In this document: positions 58,252-64,000 of the stretch, piece after piece
How positions within the stretch are numbered: position 1 is the first letter of the stretch
Layout: each line of letters opens with the position of its first letter
From: an uncultured Methanosarcinales archaeon
GTDB taxonomy: Archaea > Nanobdellota > Nanobdellia > Woesearchaeales > CAYVYK01
Assembly (NCBI GenBank): GCA_964455675.1
Contig: CAYVYK010000002.1
Coordinates: 7,791 to 71,790 of the forward strand
Reading direction: 5' to 3'
Length of the DNA: 64,000 nucleotides
The notes under the pieces: generated by a model
Database searches by the model: none
What the model saw: only the letters and a program-made list of their open reading frames with translations
What the model was told of the DNA's origin: nothing
Position numbers and translations under genes: made by a program

Positions 58252-58836
58252 ATGAAGCTGATTCTAGTTCGTCATGGGGAAACTGACCGGAATGCAAAAC
58301 GGATCACCGACGGCCACGGTGCGAGTCCTCTTAACGCGAATGGCAGAGCGCAGTGTGAGTTAACAGGTAAGCGTCTCTCAAAGGAGCGTATTGACATCAT
58401 GTTCGTGAGTGATCTCAAGAGAACTCGTGAGACCGCAAGCATTATTCTCCCATATCTGCCCAGTGTCCCAGTATTCTTCGACCCAATGATTCGGGAGAAG
58501 TCCGCAGGGTTTCTCGAGGGAAGAACACATGAAGAGATATCCGCTTACATTGAACAGCATAAGTTGGACTGGGAAACATTTGAGCCTGAGGGCGGGGAAA
58601 GCCAAAAGGACCTCAGAGATAGGGTTATCGTATTTTTTGAAATGATCCAAAGGAAGTACCCAAAGAAGAACCTGCTTATCATTACGCATGGAGGCGTTAT
58701 CCATGCTCTATTACAGCATTTGTCGCTTCCAACCGACGATGGATTTGCCAACTGCTCAGTCACCATCGTGAAGATTCTGGAAAAACCCGAATTGCTGGTC
58801 TTTAACGATACTTCCCATCTCGCGGGGAAAAAATGA
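58252..58836 (+). CDS. Histidine phosphatase (phosphoglycerate mutase-like)
   Basis: LVRHGET, SDLKRTRETA, GGES, ITHGGVI. Confidence 0.93.
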   Translation: MKLILVRHGETDRNAKRITDGHGASPLNANGRAQCELTGKRLSKERIDIMFVSDLKRTRETASIILPYLPSVPVFFDPMIREKSAGFLEGRTHEEISAYIEQHKLDWETFEPEGGESQKDLRDRVIVFFEMIQRKYPKKNLLIITHGGVIHALLQHLSLPTDDGFANCSVTIVKILEKPELLVFNDTSHLAGKK

Positions 58837-58854
58837 TAGCTAGAAAATAGACCA

Positions 58855-59943
58855 TTAGAATTTTTCAATCGTGATTTTGCCCTCTTCAATCCGTATCACG
58901 ATATCATGTGCTGCGGAAAGCTTGGCAAGCTTGGTTACAATCTCTGGCAATAAGAGCTTGTTCCCTCTTAGGTCTGCCGTCGTGATCATCTCGTGATGTT
59001 GCTTCTCGGTATGGCCTATTCCAGCATGCTGGAAGATGTCCCTGCTGTCTTTTTTCTGGCGTGCCTGTATCGTCTCCTCAGTTTTTTTCCGCAAGAATTT
59101 TGCGATTTTTTCTGCCACATTCACTTTCGTCGCTGCAGTAATGCCCTGTAGGCCCGGCGAGAGGTTTACCTCGAGGACTGCGTATCCTCGTGATGTACGG
59201 AGCAAGTCGACACCGGCGATCTGCGCGCCAATTGCTTTTGCCGCCTCAATCGCGATCCGTTCGCCCGCCCCATCAAGGTCGTACGCCTTTCCTTCGCCTC
59301 CAGCGTGGATGTTTGCCCGAATATCCCCTTCTGCGCTCTGTCGTTCCATACATGCGACTACTCGATCTCCAACGACAAATGCCCGAATGTCCTTTCCGCC
59401 AGTCTCAAGATACTCCTGGATGAGAATGAATTGGTTCAAAGCGTCAAGTGCGTCGAGCATGCTGCATGCGGACGCATATGAATCTGAGACCATAACGCCT
59501 TTTCCCTGCGTTCCTGAGGGAAATTTCATGATGATGGGAAAGTGCATCTCGCGCATCACTTTTTTCGCCTCATCGACGGTACTGGTAATGTAGGTTTTGG
59601 GGATGGGAACTTTTGCCTGCTCGAGCGCGATTGCTGTGAGAACCTTATTTTGTGCGATGGAAAATGCTCGGGGGGATGTTGGCATGAAGCATGCTCCCTT
59701 ATCCGTAAAGCTTTGCGAAAGGATCTGCATCGGTACAGTGTATCTGAATGAACCTTTGAGATAGATGCAGTCATAGTCTTTCTCGAGTTTTTCGCCGTTG
59801 TAGTGAACGCCGCTGCCGCGATCGCCTATCGAGATTTCGAACTTGTTGAGGTCGAGCGCATCGACTTCATCGAACACGCGTTGCATTTCCTCAAGAGTCC
59901 ATTTAGAGCTTGTGCTTCCAAGACTGATGATCGCTGCTTTCAT
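58855..59943 (-). CDS. RimK-family ATP-grasp ligase with C-terminal AbrB-like extension
   Basis: KFPSGTQGKGV, IQEYL, DIRAFVVG, RANIHAGG, GVDLL, LEVNLSPG. Confidence 0.9.
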   Translation of the reverse strand: MKAAIISLGSTSSKWTLEEMQRVFDEVDALDLNKFEISIGDRGSGVHYNGEKLEKDYDCIYLKGSFRYTVPMQILSQSFTDKGACFMPTSPRAFSIAQNKVLTAIALEQAKVPIPKTYITSTVDEAKKVMREMHFPIIMKFPSGTQGKGVMVSDSYASACSMLDALDALNQFILIQEYLETGGKDIRAFVVGDRVVACMERQSAEGDIRANIHAGGEGKAYDLDGAGERIAIEAAKAIGAQIAGVDLLRTSRGYAVLEVNLSPGLQGITAATKVNVAEKIAKFLRKKTEETIQARQKKDSRDIFQHAGIGHTEKQHHEMITTADLRGNKLLLPEIVTKLAKLSAAHDIVIRIEEGKITIEKF

Positions 59944-60290
59944 GGGTTCGTCCCCGGCACGATAACAAAGTCATGGATAAGAATGTTGCGTCCGATGAGG
60001 AGCGGATATTTCATGTTCTTTCGGTTTGCAATAGTGAACTCTCCCTGGATGCTTTTTCCTTTCAGCATGATAGTGAATATGTGAACTGGTCGATTATACA
60101 CTCCTTGTGCGTTTCGCACAGCTTTTTCCCTAATCTTGCCCCCACTTCCAAGCTCTTCTGCGAGGACCGCATCTATCGAACTCACGCTTGCCCCAGTATC
60201 AATTCGCGCAAGGACACTCCTTGATGCCTTCGTTCCCTGGACGTCCACTTGTTCAACCACGGACAGAACAGTTTTTCCATCGACAGTCAT
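59940..60290 (-). CDS. RimK-associated retropepsin-like protease (RimB / PF05618-like)
   Basis: ARIDTGASVSSID, FTIANRKNMKYPLLIGRNIL; ATGA-coupled to the RimK gene. Confidence 0.88.
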   Translation of the reverse strand: MTVDGKTVLSVVEQVDVQGTKASRSVLARIDTGASVSSIDAVLAEELGSGGKIREKAVRNAQGVYNRPVHIFTIMLKGKSIQGEFTIANRKNMKYPLLIGRNILIHDFVIVPGTNP

Positions 60291-60401
60291 AGATCCACTC
60301 TCTCTGTATCACGCATATTTTGACCTGTTCGGTCACTTTCTACTCACATATAAAAGTATGGGAACAGAAGGTTTATATAAATTGGTGCGTAAAATATGTG
60401 T

Positions 60402-61523
60402 ATGAGGTTCCTCGTTGTTGCCGTTGTTCTTCTAGTTTTGGTATCTTGCTCACCGGCCAATAAGTATGATAACCTCGCGCAGGCTCCAGTGACCGGGTAC
60501 GCGATCCGTGTTGACGACGGTCCAATCTTTGCCGGTGTCAAGGTCAAGGCACCCCATATGCCTTCGGCATTTTTGTTGAATGGAGCGCCAGAAGAGGTAA
60601 ATCCGGTTACAGATTATTCCGCCGTTCCACTGACAGGTATGGTCGTCAGTAAAAGCGGAGAGGATATGACCGTGGGTATGACTCCGTCAACGGTTGCGGC
60701 AGGCCAAACGGTAACGATCAATGTGAATCCCACATCAGCGGGCGCGTATCGATATGTGCTGGTCTATCGAGAGAACGGAGTATTCAAAACGACACTCGAG
60801 CTTCCCTGTGTTGAAGTGTGTACAGACTCCGTTTCGAAGAATCTGGATATCCCAGCAACGTGGGCTCCGGGTGGCTATGAAGTCCGCGTGTTTGACTATG
60901 CATCCCAGACCTGGCAGAAATCAGAATTCGTCGTCGAGCGCGGAAACGATAATGTTCCATATATTTATACGGACACACCAAGTTCCTCCGGCGCTGTGCT
61001 CTTCGTGCATTTTAACGGCGGTTCGGAGGGTTTCGGACCGGTCATGACTATCTACCGTGACGACAGGCTGATGATGGCCTATCAGGTTTGTGAGAGGGCT
61101 TGTTCCGGAGAGAAGTCTGTTGGGCTCGATGTGCCCGCGTCATGGCCTGCAGGTATGTACACACTGCATTACATTGACTACAACGATCCGAAGAGGCAGG
61201 CAAAGAGTCTTGAGTTTGAGATTGTGGGAGGCGGCCAGGTATTTCCGCTTGATGTGACACTGCAGAGTCCAGCAGTACAGCGGGGTTCAGAGCTGCGTGG
61301 TGTTGTCAGCAAGTCAACGTATGGCGCATCCGAGGTCTATGCGATTCTTGCGAAGGATGGGAGTATTGTTAGAGAGGGGTACTTTAGCGTGGATGATTAT
61401 CGGATATTTGATAGGTACGAGTTTGCGGTGTTTGTGGATCTAGATCCAGGTGAGTATTTCCTATCAGTGTATGATTACCAGCAGGAGAGGCCGCAGAGCC
61501 TTCCTTTCTCCGTTTTTGAGTGA
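60402..61523 (+). CDS. Lipoprotein with three internal Ig-like repeats
   Basis: VLVSC lipobox; repeats DIPATWAPGGYEVRVFDY, DVPASWPAGMYTLHYIDY and DLDPGEYFLSVYDY. Confidence 0.75.
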   Translation: MRFLVVAVVLLVLVSCSPANKYDNLAQAPVTGYAIRVDDGPIFAGVKVKAPHMPSAFLLNGAPEEVNPVTDYSAVPLTGMVVSKSGEDMTVGMTPSTVAAGQTVTINVNPTSAGAYRYVLVYRENGVFKTTLELPCVEVCTDSVSKNLDIPATWAPGGYEVRVFDYASQTWQKSEFVVERGNDNVPYIYTDTPSSSGAVLFVHFNGGSEGFGPVMTIYRDDRLMMAYQVCERACSGEKSVGLDVPASWPAGMYTLHYIDYNDPKRQAKSLEFEIVGGGQVFPLDVTLQSPAVQRGSELRGVVSKSTYGASEVYAILAKDGSIVREGYFSVDDYRIFDRYEFAVFVDLDPGEYFLSVYDYQQERPQSLPFSVFE

Positions 61524-61634
61524 GCCCTCACGCCTTCCTTGCACAAGGATGCAGATCGGAAATTCCTGATGATGAACAGCCCAAGCTATCGGAATACACA
61601 ACTTTTTTAAATGAGGATTTCCTTCCGAATGATC

Positions 61635-63557
61635 ATGGCAGCGAAGAAGAAAGCAGTTGCAAGTCCTTCTTCAAAGTTCAATGCGAAATATAAGACGACG
61701 GCTGATCTCTCGATTCCTGAACAGACTATTGATCAGGTAATCGGACAGGATGAAGCAGTCAATACGGTGAGGAAGGCATCTGAGCAGCGTAGGCACGTTC
61801 TCCTTATTGGAGAACCAGGCACCGGTAAGTCTATGCTTGGTATGGCGCTTGCCTCCCTTCTTCCCAAGGAAAAGATGGTAGATATCCTCGCGTTTCAGAA
61901 TCCAAACGATGAGCAAGCTCCCCTCATCAGGGCGTGTCCCGCGGGTAAGGGGCGCGAAATTGTTGCTCAGGCAAAGCTTGAGAATCTTTCCATGTTCCGT
62001 GGCCAGAACATCATCTTCTTCGTCCTCCTGATCATTGTCTCGATCATTCCTTACTATCTTTACTACAAGAAGATATTTCCATTTGACAGCCCCACAGTAT
62101 TTGCGGCTTCCATGATCAGCAGCATGGTATTCTTGGTTGGTCTTATCCTCTTTATGAATCTGAACAAGCGTATGGCCCAATCGAGAAAACCGGTTCCAAA
62201 ACTGATTGTGGATAATTATGATAAGAAACAGATTCCGTTCTTTGACGCGACGGGGGCGCATGCTGGCGCGCTTTTAGGTGATGTGCTGCATGATCCTTTC
62301 CAGACTGGTGGTCTTGGTACTCCAGCACATGAACGTGTAGTTGCTGGCCTTATTCACAAATCTCACATGGGAGTCCTTTTTATCGATGAGATAGCAACCC
62401 TTGAACCCGCGACGCAGCAGGAACTCCTGACTGCCATCCAGGACGGGAAACTACCGATTACAGGGCAGTCCGAGCGCAGCGCTGGCGCGATGGTCCGCAC
62501 AGAACCCGTTCCGTGCAAGTTCATCATGATTGCAGCGGGGAATTTTGAGACGATTCGGCACATGCACCCAGCTCTCAGGTCGCGTATCCGAGGGTACGGG
62601 TACGAGGTCTATATGGAGGAGTCCATGAAGGACACGGAGAGTAATCGCCAAAAGATTGCAACATTCGTCGCCCAGGAAGTGGTGAAGGATGGAAAGATTC
62701 CTCATTTTGACCGTGGAGCTGTCGAGGAGATCATCGAGATGGCGCGCCGCATGGCGAACCGGAAAGGCCATCTGACCCTGAGGCTACGGGAGCTTGGTGG
62801 ACTTATCAGAGCGTCCGGTGACTACGCGAAGACGACAAAGGCGGATATAGTGACAAAGGAACATATCAAAGCCGCACAGCGCGTTGCCCGCGGCCTTGAG
62901 CAGCAGATCGCTGATAAATTCATCGAACGAAAGAAGGAGTATGAAGTCATTATTACGCAAGGTCAGCTTGTCGGCCGCGTGAATGGCCTTGCTGTCATGG
63001 GAACGGGAAGCGCGCTCTCGGGTATCATTCTTCCAATCGAGAGTGAAGTGACTCCCGGCGGAAAGGAAAAGGAGATCATCGCGACTGGAAAACTTGGAGA
63101 GATCGCGAAGGAAGCCGTTATCAACGTCTCAGCTCTGATCAAGAAGTATTTTGGTGAGGATATCAAGGAGAATTATGACCTATACGTCCAGTTCCTCCAG
63201 ACATACGAGGGTGTGGAAGGCGATTCCGCATCCATCGCGATTGCAACATCCATCATCAGCGCGTTCCACAAGATTCCGATTAAGCAGGAGTTTGCGATGA
63301 CGGGCAGCATGTCTGTTCGCGGCAACGTGCTTCCTGTGGGTGGTGTTACGAGCAAAGTTGAAGCCGCGATCGAAGCGGGCATTAAGCATGTTATTGTGCC
63401 AAAATCCAACATACGGGATATCATTATTGATGAGTCAAAGCTGAAAATGATAAACATCCACCCGGTTGAACACATTATTGAGGTACTTGAGCTCGCGCTT
63501 GTCTGGAAGGGCAAGGAAGATGTTCTCAAGCGGATTAAGTCAGGTCATACGAAGTGA
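61635..63557 (+). CDS. lonB: Archaeal membrane-anchored Lon protease (LonB)
   Basis: GEPGTGKS, two TMs inside the AAA+ domain, LFIDEI, GDSAS (Ser), GGVTSK (Lys). In-frame ATGs at 61611, 61629 and 61635. Confidence 0.97.
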   Translation: MAAKKKAVASPSSKFNAKYKTTADLSIPEQTIDQVIGQDEAVNTVRKASEQRRHVLLIGEPGTGKSMLGMALASLLPKEKMVDILAFQNPNDEQAPLIRACPAGKGREIVAQAKLENLSMFRGQNIIFFVLLIIVSIIPYYLYYKKIFPFDSPTVFAASMISSMVFLVGLILFMNLNKRMAQSRKPVPKLIVDNYDKKQIPFFDATGAHAGALLGDVLHDPFQTGGLGTPAHERVVAGLIHKSHMGVLFIDEIATLEPATQQELLTAIQDGKLPITGQSERSAGAMVRTEPVPCKFIMIAAGNFETIRHMHPALRSRIRGYGYEVYMEESMKDTESNRQKIATFVAQEVVKDGKIPHFDRGAVEEIIEMARRMANRKGHLTLRLRELGGLIRASGDYAKTTKADIVTKEHIKAAQRVARGLEQQIADKFIERKKEYEVIITQGQLVGRVNGLAVMGTGSALSGIILPIESEVTPGGKEKEIIATGKLGEIAKEAVINVSALIKKYFGEDIKENYDLYVQFLQTYEGVEGDSASIAIATSIISAFHKIPIKQEFAMTGSMSVRGNVLPVGGVTSKVEAAIEAGIKHVIVPKSNIRDIIIDESKLKMINIHPVEHIIEVLELALVWKGKEDVLKRIKSGHTK

Positions 63558-63620
63558 CCACGGAAAACCAGCAGTAGACTTTATATACCAGCAATTCTGG
63601 GATAATGTTTCGTGGGGATA

Positions 63621-64000
63621 ATGAGAGGGATACTGACAGTTATCGTGCTATTAATGACTATCGCAGGTATAGTCAGCGGGGACGAAATTTCTGGCATGAC
63701 AGTCTATCCTTCCCTCTCAAAAGAATGCACTAGCAGCTGGCAGTGTTCTGCATGGAGTTTTTGCGTCGAGGGCGTTCAGACGAGGATGTGCGAAGATCTG
63801 AATAAGTGTGAGGGTAGCGCTCAGCCTGATGTGAAGATGCCTTGCGCTGACCGCATGGAGACAGGCGAAGAGCTTATCGACCAGGTATTTCCCGCCCTGC
63901 AGATAATAAAAGCAGAGCGAAAAGACACTGATTCTAATCCGCCGATAGACTTCGAAATGCCCAGAGATGAACCGGAAGAGGACCCTGCTGAACAGACTCC
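63621..64000 (+). CDS. Exported protein with TSP1-like Cys/Trp module (3'-truncated by the window edge)
   Basis: Translated by hand: MRGILTVIVLLMTIAGIVSGDEISGMTVYP...CTSSWQCSAWSFCVEGVQTRMCEDLNKC...; absent from the ORF track, consistent with no stop in the window. Confidence 0.75.
   Translation, partial: MRGILTVIVLLMTIAGIVSGDEISGMTVYPSLSKECTSSWQCSAWSFCVEGVQTRMCEDLNKCEGSAQPDVKMPCADRMETGEELIDQVFPALQIIKAERKDTDSNPPIDFEMPRDEPEEDPAEQT

Noticed and set aside
1..64000. Numerous 60-200 aa antisense or alternate-frame ORFs nested in real genes (e.g. 13296-13793, 25375-25998, 37834-38421, 52366-52938, 59036-59593)
   Set aside because: They are shadow ORFs opposite or overlapping well-supported genes and have no motifs of their own.

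Overview
This is a gene-dense archaeal chromosomal segment. It carries aIF2-gamma, SRP54, Kae1, membrane LonB, Pth2 and the Pop5-psmA-SBDS-rrp4/41/42 superoperon, and shows GGTGA/GGAGG ribosome-binding sites and TTTAWA TATA boxes. A tandem Lrp regulator, a KGQ class-III signal protein and many Cys-rich surface proteins suggest a DPANN lineage such as Woesearchaeota (inference). There is one tRNA-Lys(CTT) and no rRNA, CRISPR array or recognisable transposase. The main leads are: (1) a divergent diadenylate-cyclase-fold gene with a palindromic operator, facing a tandem Lrp regulator; (2) about 450 nt of repeat-bearing, hairpin-rich non-coding sequence directly after tRNA-Lys, beginning with a mimic of the tRNA acceptor arm; (3) a peptidoglycan amidase and a Lit-like transacylase, both bacterial-envelope enzymes, in an archaeon; (4) a recurrent [TS]G-x-x-[VI] motif after the N-terminal helix of unrelated exported proteins; (5) a RimK-AbrB fusion; (6) a 2053-aa Cys-rich protein coupled to a pilin-like-signal protein; (7) several small ORFs missing from the ORF track. 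All calls were made by eye from motifs; no searches were run.
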